Below are positions 26,902 to 35,479 of a DNA stretch of 64,000 nucleotides, in pieces (position 1 is the first letter of the stretch; every line of letters starts with the position of its first letter). The stretch spans positions 4,992,001 to 5,056,000 of the forward strand of contig OZ242180.1 of assembly GCA_965205485.1 (NCBI GenBank). Direction: 5' to 3'. A model generated the notes under the pieces. The model was not told the origin of the DNA. It searched no databases and worked only from the letters and a program-made list of their open reading frames with translations. This DNA is from Candidatus Latescibacterota bacterium. Its GTDB lineage: Bacteria; Latescibacterota; UBA2968; GCA-2709665. A program made the translations under genes and the position numbers.

Positions 26902-28140
26902 TCACTCACCGGCCTGGTCTTGCAGGCTCGTACTCATATTATAGGCCTCTTCGGCGTTCTTTGCGCTTTCCGAAGCCGCATCGTCCAAACCGGCATCAGA
27001 CTGCTCCTTCGAAAGCAGGGCCCACGACCGGGACAACGCCTGCCAGCCCTGGACGCTGGTCGGTCTGATGCTTACGACCATCTTCAAGGCTTCGATGGAA
27101 TCTTCGTACTTTTCCTGCTTTTCGTAAATTCGGCCCAGCCGGAACCATGCGTCGGCGTCTTGCGGATTGGCCTGGACGCTCTTGAGGAACAGATTGACGG
27201 CCTCGTCGACCCTTCCGAGATTCCTGTAACACTCCGCGAGATTGAACAGGTTATCCACGTCGTCCGGCTTCTGAGCCGCCACCGTCTCCAGGAGTTCGGC
27301 AGCCTTTTCGTAGTTGCCGCCCAACAAGTGCATCTGTCCGGCCATCTGCGCAACGTCCACGTTGTCAGGTTCGATGACCAGGGCTTTCTCCGCGGATTCG
27401 AGGGCGGCCGCGGTGTCGCCCGCAAACTGCTGGGCGCGGGCCAGGTCGTTCAGATAGCCGGCGTTTTCGGGCGCCAGCTGATGGGCTCTGGTGAAGCACT
27501 GCCTCGCTTCTTCGTAATTCTTGAGATTCATATACGCCCGGCCAAGATTGACAAACGACGATGCTTCCGTGCTGTCCAACTCGACCGCCTTTTCGTAGGC
27601 GTCGATTCCGGCCTGAGCCTGACCCATGTTCAGGTAGGCCACCCCCAGCGCCTGATAGCTCATGGGCTTCTCCGGCGACAGCGCGATGGCTTTCTGAAGC
27701 GATTCGATGGCCGCGCCGTAGTCTTCGGCGCCGATCGCCCGGACGGCGTTATTGTAGTTCCGGCTCCACCACATGTCCAGGTAGGGCTGGATTTTCTTGG
27801 CGTATTTCTTCTTGCCTTTCTTGGTTGCAAGGACCCACTCGAATTCCTTCCTCATCTCATCCTGCATGTTTTTCTCGGAGTAGATCTCGCCCAGCATGAA
27901 ATGGGCCTGCACGTCACCAGGGTCGCCCTCGATGACGATCAGCAACTGGGCGAGGGCCTTGTCGAACAGGCGCTGGCTGACGTAGAGGTGGGCGGACCGC
28001 TTGGCGATTTTGGCGTCTCCCTTCGTGATTTTCTTCTTTTTCGCCCACGCCTCCGGGGGCGCGGTTCCGAGAGAAGCCAACACAAGAAGCGCGAGCACGG
28101 GAATGCCCGCCTGGCGCAGGAATCGGATGACAGGGTTCAA
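26902..28140 (-). CDS. Secreted tetratricopeptide-repeat protein
   Basis: Signal peptide, multiple TPRs (LG.AY..., A...P); TTG start with AAAGGGGAAAGG RBS. Confidence 0.88.
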   Translation of the reverse strand: MNPVIRFLRQAGIPVLALLVLASLGTAPPEAWAKKKKITKGDAKIAKRSAHLYVSQRLFDKALAQLLIVIEGDPGDVQAHFMLGEIYSEKNMQDEMRKEFEWVLATKKGKKKYAKKIQPYLDMWWSRNYNNAVRAIGAEDYGAAIESLQKAIALSPEKPMSYQALGVAYLNMGQAQAGIDAYEKAVELDSTEASSFVNLGRAYMNLKNYEEARQCFTRAHQLAPENAGYLNDLARAQQFAGDTAAALESAEKALVIEPDNVDVAQMAGQMHLLGGNYEKAAELLETVAAQKPDDVDNLFNLAECYRNLGRVDEAVNLFLKSVQANPQDADAWFRLGRIYEKQEKYEDSIEALKMVVSIRPTSVQGWQALSRSWALLSKEQSDAGLDDAASESAKNAEEAYNMSTSLQDQAGE

Positions 28141-28271
28141 GGCCTTTCCCCTTTCTCTATTTTAGCGAATCTTCGATTCAGCCTACGGACCGCGGACCGT
28201 GGTAACATCCGCATCCGGTGGAACGTGACGGCAGTCGGAACGTCTTCCCTGCCGGGAATGCGGATCGGTGC

Positions 28272-28300
28272 AATATAGGCGGCGGGTATATTCCTGTCAA
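28272..28300 (-). promoter_or_regulatory. sigma70 promoter for the TPR gene
   Basis: Minus strand TTGACA-17 nt-TATATT. Confidence 0.7.
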
Positions 28301-28394
28301 GATCAAACACGCGGAAACCCCGCTCCGGGGATTCCGAAACGCCGTTTCCATGCTTCGCGACGGTACGACCACGCACCCGCGGCGTCTTCGCGGA

Positions 28395-28586
28395 CTATGC
28401 GTCCCTGTCGGAAATCAGTTCGCCGCCAACGGCCCAGTGGTCGCGGGCCACTTCCTCGATGACCACCATGGTGCCACTCGGTTTTGCTCCACAGATGTCT
28501 TCCAGCGCGTCTGTGATGGCCTTGACCAGTTCGCGCTTCTGGTCGCTCGTGCGGCCGTCGAGCATTTTGACGTTGACAAAGGGCAT
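28395..28586 (-). CDS. 4-oxalocrotonate tautomerase family
   Basis: Catalytic Pro after Met (MPFVNV), GRT.DQKREL, HWAVGG. Confidence 0.92.
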   Translation of the reverse strand: MPFVNVKMLDGRTSDQKRELVKAITDALEDICGAKPSGTMVVIEEVARDHWAVGGELISDRDA

Positions 28587-28649
28587 GCCGGTATCCTTTC
28601 TGAAAACGAAGAGCCGTGAATTGTAGGGCCGCAATCTTGCGGCCGGGAA

Positions 28650-29693
28650 CTACGCCTGTGTCTCGTCGATGACAATGAGCGTCTTGATGGATTCGCCTGC
28701 TTCGGCCACGGTCTGAAAACCGGCGGCGGCTTCTTCCAGGGGAAAGCGGTGAGTGACGAGTTTTTTCGCGTTCACCACGCCGAGGCCAACGATGTCGAGC
28801 GCCTCCAACGTGTCCGGCGGACCGCATGAATAGCTGGTTGTCAGCGTGATGTCCCTGGAATACAGATCGTAAGTGTCGACCGGCAGGTTCCGGCCCGGTT
28901 CGGCGGGCGTAAACAGAAGTACGGTCCCGCCCACGCCCACTGCCGAGAATCCCGCCTCCATCGCCGCGAGCGAGCCCGGACCGACAACAACCACGTCGGC
29001 CAGGTCACCCCCGGTGGCTGCGGCAACGGATTCGGCCAGCGTCTCCCGCGTAACGTCAACGCCTTTGTCGGCCCCGAGTTCCCGGGCTCTGGACAGCCGA
29101 TAGGGCACCCTGTCGGCCGCAATCACGGGAGACGCGCCGTAATGCCTGGCGACCAGCGCAAGAATCTGACCCATAATGCCCATGCCGATGATGAGGACGC
29201 GGTCTCCCCGCTTCATCCGGGCGCGGCGTTTCAGCGCCTGGACCGCGCAGGCGGTCGGTTCCACGAAGGCACCGTCTTCGAGGGAAAGCGAGGCCGGAAG
29301 CTTGAGGGTGTCCGTGGCAAGGTTGAGGCCGGGAACGCGCACGAATTCGGCGAGGCCCCCGGGGTCCAAAGCGGAGGCCTTCCAGGTGGGGCACATTGAA
29401 AAATGCCCCCGGCGGCATAAGCGACAGCGCATGCAGGGGGCATGATGATGAACGAAAACGCGATCGCCCGATGAGAAACCGGAGGTTTCGGAACCGACGT
29501 CGACGATGGTACCGGCGGGTTCGTGCCCCAGGACGATCGGCGCCTTGCGGCGAACGTACCACGGCAGGGTATCGCTCGTGCAGATACCGCATACCGCCAT
29601 CTTGACGAGGGCGTCTTCGGGCCCGATTTCGGGGATCGGTTCTTTTTCGATGCGGATGTCGCCGTAGTCGTAGAGACGGGCTACGCGCATCAT
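28650..29693 (-). CDS. Zn-dependent medium-chain dehydrogenase
   Basis: CGICTSD, LGHE, CMRCRLC...C, GMGIMG. Confidence 0.9.
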   Translation of the reverse strand: MMRVARLYDYGDIRIEKEPIPEIGPEDALVKMAVCGICTSDTLPWYVRRKAPIVLGHEPAGTIVDVGSETSGFSSGDRVFVHHHAPCMRCRLCRRGHFSMCPTWKASALDPGGLAEFVRVPGLNLATDTLKLPASLSLEDGAFVEPTACAVQALKRRARMKRGDRVLIIGMGIMGQILALVARHYGASPVIAADRVPYRLSRARELGADKGVDVTRETLAESVAAATGGDLADVVVVGPGSLAAMEAGFSAVGVGGTVLLFTPAEPGRNLPVDTYDLYSRDITLTTSYSCGPPDTLEALDIVGLGVVNAKKLVTHRFPLEEAAAGFQTVAEAGESIKTLIVIDETQA

Positions 29694-30745
29694 CCGGCTT
29701 TTTCCGGGCTGGGTTCGGAGGGAACGACCGCGAATTTGACGTCGTTGCCCTTTTTGAGAAGAAGCTCGAAGACGTGTTTCAGATCGGACAGGGAATAGGT
29801 GCCGGAAATCAGGCCGTTGAGGTGGATCTTTCTGTCGACCAGCATCTGGTAGGCCTTTTTTACGGCGCTGCGGCTGTAGTGAAACACGCCCTTAAGCGTA
29901 ATCTGGTCGTAGTGTAACCGGGCGGTGTCGAATGTGGCCACGGTGCCCTTCGGAAGACCGCCGAACAGGACGATCGTGCCGCCCTTGGCAACCAGGTCCG
30001 GGGTGCTCTCCCAGACGGCGAGCTGGCCGGTGCATTCGATCACCAGGTCCGCGCCAATGCCGCCTGTTAGCTCCTTCACGCGGTCGATCGCGTTTTCCCT
30101 TTCCACGTCTATAATCTCGTCCGCGCCGAGCGTCGTGGCGAGTTTGAGCCGGTATTCGCGCCTGCCCGCGACAATCACGCGGCTGGCGCCAAAGGCGTTT
30201 ACGACGGCCGTATGCATCAATCCGATGGCGCCCGCGCCGATGATGAGTACCGTAGCGTCGGGCCCCATAAGTACCTGGTCCATACCGTAGACCACGCATG
30301 CGAGCGGCTCCAGCATGGCGGCCTCTTCGTAGGAGAGATCGGCAGGCTTCTTGAACATGTTGTTCTGGACGACGTGCGCGGGCACCCGAACGTACTCCGC
30401 GAAGGCGCCGAAAACCATTTCATCGATCGCGTACGGGCAGAGGTTTTCGCGCGACTTCCGGCAGTACACACACTCGCCGCACGGCGCAGTAGGCGCGGTC
30501 ATCACCTGGTCGCCCGGCTTGAATCTGGTCACGCCCTCGCCGACCTCATAGATGTCGCCGGAGAACTCATGCCCCAGCGGCGTTGGCGTGGGTATTTTGG
30601 GGTGGCCGCGCCGGAATGTCTTCAATTCGGTGCCGCACGTCAGTGCCGACCGCACCCTGACCACCACTTCGCCGGGACCGGCGCTGGGGATATCCACGTC
30701 CCGCAGTTCCAGACGTCCGGGTTCAAGTAGAAGCGATGAAAGCAT
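29690..30745 (-). CDS. Zn-dependent medium-chain dehydrogenase
   Basis: TCGTE, LGHEFSG, CGECVYC...C, GAGAIG. Confidence 0.9.
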   Translation of the reverse strand: MLSSLLLEPGRLELRDVDIPSAGPGEVVVRVRSALTCGTELKTFRRGHPKIPTPTPLGHEFSGDIYEVGEGVTRFKPGDQVMTAPTAPCGECVYCRKSRENLCPYAIDEMVFGAFAEYVRVPAHVVQNNMFKKPADLSYEEAAMLEPLACVVYGMDQVLMGPDATVLIIGAGAIGLMHTAVVNAFGASRVIVAGRREYRLKLATTLGADEIIDVERENAIDRVKELTGGIGADLVIECTGQLAVWESTPDLVAKGGTIVLFGGLPKGTVATFDTARLHYDQITLKGVFHYSRSAVKKAYQMLVDRKIHLNGLISGTYSLSDLKHVFELLLKKGNDVKFAVVPSEPSPEKAG

Positions 30746-30986
30746 TGTCCTCGCTCCTCGTCAATGGGTGACGCATCAAATGCCAATTCGCTCTATATAG
30801 AAATTTACGGGAATTCGGCCCGGTCTGCAAGGGCTTTCATTTCAAGAGTCACAATTAGGACACATAGCGCGGATCGCCGCGCAAGAGCGAAGGCAAGGAA
30901 AACCATGTGCGAAGCGTTGCGGACCATTCGCCAGAAGATGCGGCCAATTCTCTTGCGCCAAAGTTCCCGGTCCCTGCGACAAGCGA

Positions 30987-32309
30987 TCAGAATACCGTGA
31001 TCTCAGGGAACTCAATATGACCCAATGCCGCCTTGCCTCCGTAGGCCTTGACGTCGAAGGGTGTAAAAAAGCCCAGGACGAGACCAGCGACCTCTTCGTT
31101 TTCAAGGTCAAGGACAGCGAGTTCATAGGTGCCTGCGGCAGGATCCAACACGGCGACGTATGCGGTCTTGCCGTCCCTGGACACTCCGAAATTATTCTGA
31201 TACCAGTTAGTCTGAATGACGCTCGTTGTCTCGAGGGTCAACCGATCAACGGTCATGAAATAGCTGACAGCTCCTTCTTTGAGCGGTTCAATCGGCGCCG
31301 CGCCCGGCCATACGGTTGCGTAGAGTTTCAGCCCGTCTCTGGACATCTGCAGGTCGATAACGTTGGTGATCGAATCCGCTGCTACCACCAGCATGTCATG
31401 GACTTCCCTGGTCTCCGTGTCAATCGAGATTATCTCAACCGAAGGATCTGTTCCGCCCACGTTTACAGTGGTATAGATTCTGTCTCCCTCTGGAGAAGCA
31501 ACCAACCGCCCATTGCCCCATCCATCGAGCCGGATGCTGTCTGTGAATACCTGGCGGAGACCGTCGATAACGGAGACCCACGGTCTTAACGGATGTCCGA
31601 CGTACACTGCGTTGCCGCCTGGCGATATGGCGATGCCGCTGGGCTTGTACGATAGCGGAATGATGGCCACGGATTCGGCGTCTTTGAGGTGAATGACCTC
31701 AACCTGATTGGCGGCGTCTTCCGTGATGTAGGCAAGGCGATGGTCCGGCGAAAGCACCATCTTGAAACCCCCTCGCCCCGCCGGCGGAAAGCCCGGTGTC
31801 GCGGACGGATCTACGAGTGGCAACCGATAATCAGTTTCGCTGGATTCGGTCAATGCATGGAACGTATCCGCGGCCACGACGTAGATGCGCCTGTTGATCG
31901 AAGAATAGGTCACGCTACGAGGCTGAGTAATGACGGCCGACAAACCAGGATTGAAGAAATTGGTGTCCCCATCCAGAACGAAGACCCTGTTACCCAGGGT
32001 GTCCGAGACATAGATTCGCGGCGGGTCGAACGGCTCCCTGTCCGCGTCTTCGGGGGGCGTCGAGCCGCCGAACTGCCGCGCGAAGAGTAGGAAGTCCTGA
32101 AAGTCGACCTCCCCGCTGCCGTTCAGATCCAGCCGGGCGTTGAAGTCCGCGTCCTGGGCCGTCCTGCCGAAACCACGGGCGAAGATGAGGAAATCCGAGA
32201 AGCTGACCTCGCCGTCTTCGTCGAAGTCGGCACCCGAGGTCTCCTGTGCCGCGGCGCCGCCGTTCAACGCGAAACAGACCAGGAACAACGCGAGCGCGAA
32301 CCTGACCAT
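30987..32309 (-). CDS. Secreted protein: EF-hand/dockerin-like module plus YVTN-type beta-propeller
   Basis: Signal peptide; DFDEDGEVSFSDF and DLNGSGEVDFQDF; repeated S.DG..LY/AY blades; GGAGG RBS. Confidence 0.82.
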   Translation of the reverse strand: MVRFALALFLVCFALNGGAAAQETSGADFDEDGEVSFSDFLIFARGFGRTAQDADFNARLDLNGSGEVDFQDFLLFARQFGGSTPPEDADREPFDPPRIYVSDTLGNRVFVLDGDTNFFNPGLSAVITQPRSVTYSSINRRIYVVAADTFHALTESSETDYRLPLVDPSATPGFPPAGRGGFKMVLSPDHRLAYITEDAANQVEVIHLKDAESVAIIPLSYKPSGIAISPGGNAVYVGHPLRPWVSVIDGLRQVFTDSIRLDGWGNGRLVASPEGDRIYTTVNVGGTDPSVEIISIDTETREVHDMLVVAADSITNVIDLQMSRDGLKLYATVWPGAAPIEPLKEGAVSYFMTVDRLTLETTSVIQTNWYQNNFGVSRDGKTAYVAVLDPAAGTYELAVLDLENEEVAGLVLGFFTPFDVKAYGGKAALGHIEFPEITVF

Positions 32310-32329
32310 TGCAATTCCTCCGGGATGGG

Positions 32330-33127
32330 TTAGGAAGGATAGAGTTCGGACCGGTACCGGCTGGTGTAGAACCGGGTGGCTTTCTCGATGTCCAGGTCCG
32401 CAATAAGCAGGTCTTCCTTTCCACACGGGACGTGTTCGATGAGATCGCCCTGCGGGTCGATCAGGCTGGTGGCTGAATTCTGACCTTTCATGGCCTGGTT
32501 GACGCTGGCGAAATAGATGTTGTTCTCCCCCGCGCGGCACTGCATGGCCTTTTCGTAGAAGGACTCGCCCCATTCCCTGGGCTCTTGTCCCGCATCGTCG
32601 CTGCCCGTGACCTGGGGTTGGAAGACAACCTGCGCGCCCCGTACGGCTGGCCACCGCACGGTTTCCGGGTAACGCCAGCCTTCGTGGCAGATCGTGATAC
32701 CGAACGTGACGCCCTTCACGGTGAACACCCTTCGACGGCCGTCCGGCACGTAATTCTCCGACTCCCCGCCCGGCGTGATCTGGTTCTTGGTCTGGTAACC
32801 GAGCACCCCGCCCGCCGGGGAGATGACGAATGCCCTGTTTTCGAGGCCGAGTTCGGATTGCCACTCCATCCCCGCGATGATGGCAACGCCGGTTTCCCGG
32901 CAAGCCGCACGAAGGTCTTTCAAGGCCCGTTCCATCGCTGGCTGGTCCGGATCAGGCAGATCGAAAGTCGCGCCTCTGAGCCCTGGAAGGTACGTCTCCG
33001 GCGTGCAGACGATATCCACCTTCCGCTCCCGGCACTCGCGGAGAACGGCAACCAGCTTTTCAACGCCTTCAGACACGGAGGGTCGCTGCTTCAGAGCGGC
33101 CAGGCACACGCGCAGGGTTTTCGCCAT
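32330..33127 (-). CDS. Carbon-nitrogen hydrolase (nitrilase superfamily)
   Basis: Catalytic E-K-C triad: TPE, QTK, ICHE. Confidence 0.9.
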   Translation of the reverse strand: MAKTLRVCLAALKQRPSVSEGVEKLVAVLRECRERKVDIVCTPETYLPGLRGATFDLPDPDQPAMERALKDLRAACRETGVAIIAGMEWQSELGLENRAFVISPAGGVLGYQTKNQITPGGESENYVPDGRRRVFTVKGVTFGITICHEGWRYPETVRWPAVRGAQVVFQPQVTGSDDAGQEPREWGESFYEKAMQCRAGENNIYFASVNQAMKGQNSATSLIDPQGDLIEHVPCGKEDLLIADLDIEKATRFYTSRYRSELYPS

Positions 33128-33430
33128 CGGGCGAGTCCTCGCTGTTTTTAACCTTGATTCCTCATATTTCGAGGACGTTAATTCGAATATGTGTCAGTTA
33201 AAAAGGCGATTAGACTGCTGATTACCAGGATGCACCAGGACACTGTACGTGAACTGAAAAAATGTCCTTCATGACGACCATTTCGACCTGTTTCGAAGGG
33301 TTTCGTCGCGTTGCCGCGTTGCGGCTTTTGCGGAATTGAGGTTAAGTCCAACCGGAAAAACGGGGATTCCGGCAAATCCGGAATGTACAGACCCGTTGCG
33401 CCAGAAAGATCCATAGAAAGAGGGAAATTG

Positions 33431-35479
33431 TCAACCCCGCGGAAGCGCGGATGTCAGAAGTACCGGCGGCGACAGACCGCTCGCATACCCAAGGATACGG
33501 TCAAAAGGACCCTTCTGAACGGAGCCCTCGGCGAGGCGGTAGAGACGGGACGGCGCCTCCGGTGAAATCCCGGGAAGCGTGAGCCCGCGGAGGTCCGGCA
33601 GCTCGGGTTCGCTTGAAGTGATCAGTGCATGAAACCCGGCCGGACCGTCGAGGGTACGGACCGCGGTCCCTTGCAGTTCGAGTTCCCCAGGAACCGCACG
33701 GGAATCCGGCTCGCGAAAGAGCACCGTATTGAGCGTCCGAAGCACGCGAAAGGCCGGTCGAGGATTGCAGGACGTGTCCAGGAGTCCGTGGGCGACGTCG
33801 AGCGTCCTGTCCAGGTCGATAAGGGGCTCGAAGTAGATTCCGGCGCCAGGTAAAACAACGGCGGAGAACAGGGCTTCGGCCGCGCGACTCGCATTCCGCG
33901 CGTCTTCGCGAGACGTGAAGGCCACGGCGAGATCCACGGCGCCGACGTGGCTGAGCGGGACCGCGTCCAGGAGTCGCTGAACCGCAAGCCACGGCTCGCC
34001 CTCATCAACGCAGCACAGCACCCGGTCAACGCTAACGTCCTGTTCCGCCAGGCAACGGTTCAGTTCGTGTAGCTCGCCTGGGACGTATCCGATTCGGGTG
34101 CGGGGGTGCTGCTTCCCGGGACGGCTTTCTCCAGGAAGGATGGGCGCGAGTGCGAAACGCGCGGCGGTCGTCCTCCCCGCTCTGGCGAGCTCACGTCCGA
34201 GGTCCAGGGATGGCAGCAGAGATCCCGGCAACTGGATTTCCCATGTATCCACAAATTCCGAGTACCGGCGGACGTACTCCGAAATGTCCGCCATGATTGA
34301 CGCGGGCGCCATTGCCGTGAGCCGCAGACCTTCCTCGCGAAGGCTCCGGAGACGCTCCAACTGAAAGGCATCGTCAAGATCGGCCACAGGGAGTCGAACC
34401 GCGGTTGCGCCCAGTTCCAGGCAGGCAAGCAGCGGATAGTCGTTTCGGACGCGCTGCCGGACGACACTCGGGAAGGCGATCGGAATCTCGGTGCGGGTCG
34501 CAAGAGGATGCAGCAGGGTCAGCCCCAACGCAGAGGAGGGCAAACCCGCGGAGATCCGGGTGAGCAGGCGTTTCGGTCCGCCGTGAGCCCTTTCCTTCAG
34601 AGTAACCGCGCCCCCGGTCCGGATGAAGTGTACGTCGGTCCGGTCCGGAAAGACGCGGAACAGATAGAAGCCGAGTTTGGGCGCGTCGTCCCTGCCCTGC
34701 TCAGGCGGGGAGGGACCCGTAAACAGGTGGCTGAAGCCGGGGCGCGCGAAGGAGGTCGACGGAATGTTGTATATTCGAGTCGACCCGACCCGGTTCAGGA
34801 ACGCGAAATGCACGTGCGCGGCGCAGACGGCTTCGACTCCGTGCCTGCGGACCAGGTCGAGTATCCAGCAGCGGTCGGGCTGGCCGATATTGTCGTAGTT
34901 GCCGGCGTGGGGTTCGTCAGGGTGCTCCAGGAACGGCGGAAGATGGAGAAACAAGAAGACGCGTTTCCGCCCATGGAGTTCCAGGTCCCGCTCGAGCCAG
35001 TCCCGCTGAGATCCGGATTCCGGCAGGTCGGTGTTGAGAATCTGGGAGTTGATCACGATGAAGTGGCAATTTCCGTGGTCGAAACTGAACCAGGAGGGTC
35101 CGAAATCGGACTGATACCGCTCAAGGGACTCCAACGTGACCGGCAGGGTGGGCATGGTGGGATCGGGTTTGTCACCCACGTCGTGGTTGCCGGCAACGTG
35201 AAAGACTTTCACGCCCAGTCCCGCCAGCTGCGCCCGGGCCTTTTCCAGTGCCTCCGCATGGCGTCTGGTTTCAGGGTATTCCTGGACCAGGTCGCCCATA
35301 TGTACAATGAAGTCCGGGCGCAGAGAAGCCGCAAGCTCCAGGGCCGTATCCGCCCTGGCCGTCTGCTTTCGGCGAGACTCGAATTCCAGCGTCCGGTCGC
35401 CGGGATCAAGCATGGTGTGGGTATCGCCCACAACTACGAATTCGAATTCCGCGGGCGCCATCAGGGATCGATCGATCAC
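33431..35479 (-). CDS. Calcineurin-like metallophosphoesterase with long C-terminal extension
   Basis: GDTH, GDLV, GNHD, FLHLP, AHVH; GTG start overlaps the ABC-F stop. Confidence 0.85.
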   Translation of the reverse strand: MIDRSLMAPAEFEFVVVGDTHTMLDPGDRTLEFESRRKQTARADTALELAASLRPDFIVHMGDLVQEYPETRRHAEALEKARAQLAGLGVKVFHVAGNHDVGDKPDPTMPTLPVTLESLERYQSDFGPSWFSFDHGNCHFIVINSQILNTDLPESGSQRDWLERDLELHGRKRVFLFLHLPPFLEHPDEPHAGNYDNIGQPDRCWILDLVRRHGVEAVCAAHVHFAFLNRVGSTRIYNIPSTSFARPGFSHLFTGPSPPEQGRDDAPKLGFYLFRVFPDRTDVHFIRTGGAVTLKERAHGGPKRLLTRISAGLPSSALGLTLLHPLATRTEIPIAFPSVVRQRVRNDYPLLACLELGATAVRLPVADLDDAFQLERLRSLREEGLRLTAMAPASIMADISEYVRRYSEFVDTWEIQLPGSLLPSLDLGRELARAGRTTAARFALAPILPGESRPGKQHPRTRIGYVPGELHELNRCLAEQDVSVDRVLCCVDEGEPWLAVQRLLDAVPLSHVGAVDLAVAFTSREDARNASRAAEALFSAVVLPGAGIYFEPLIDLDRTLDVAHGLLDTSCNPRPAFRVLRTLNTVLFREPDSRAVPGELELQGTAVRTLDGPAGFHALITSSEPELPDLRGLTLPGISPEAPSRLYRLAEGSVQKGPFDRILGYASGLSPPVLLTSALPRG

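Noticed and set aside
26767..28278. 503-aa plus-strand ORF and other long antisense or alternate-frame ORFs (e.g. 1918-2910, 24387-25622, 25686-26819, 54219-55367, 59315-60577, 61760-63097)
   Set aside because: Shadow ORFs of well-supported genes, expected from high GC3; no motifs
32310..32903. N-terminal 197 aa of the 638-aa ORF 30987-32903
   Set aside because: Overlaps the nitrilase gene in another frame; the real start with RBS and signal peptide is at 32309
33130..33430. AT-richer intergenic region with a hydrophobic 78-aa ORF
   Set aside because: No family motif or convincing structure; may be a promoter region or gene remnant but cannot be supported
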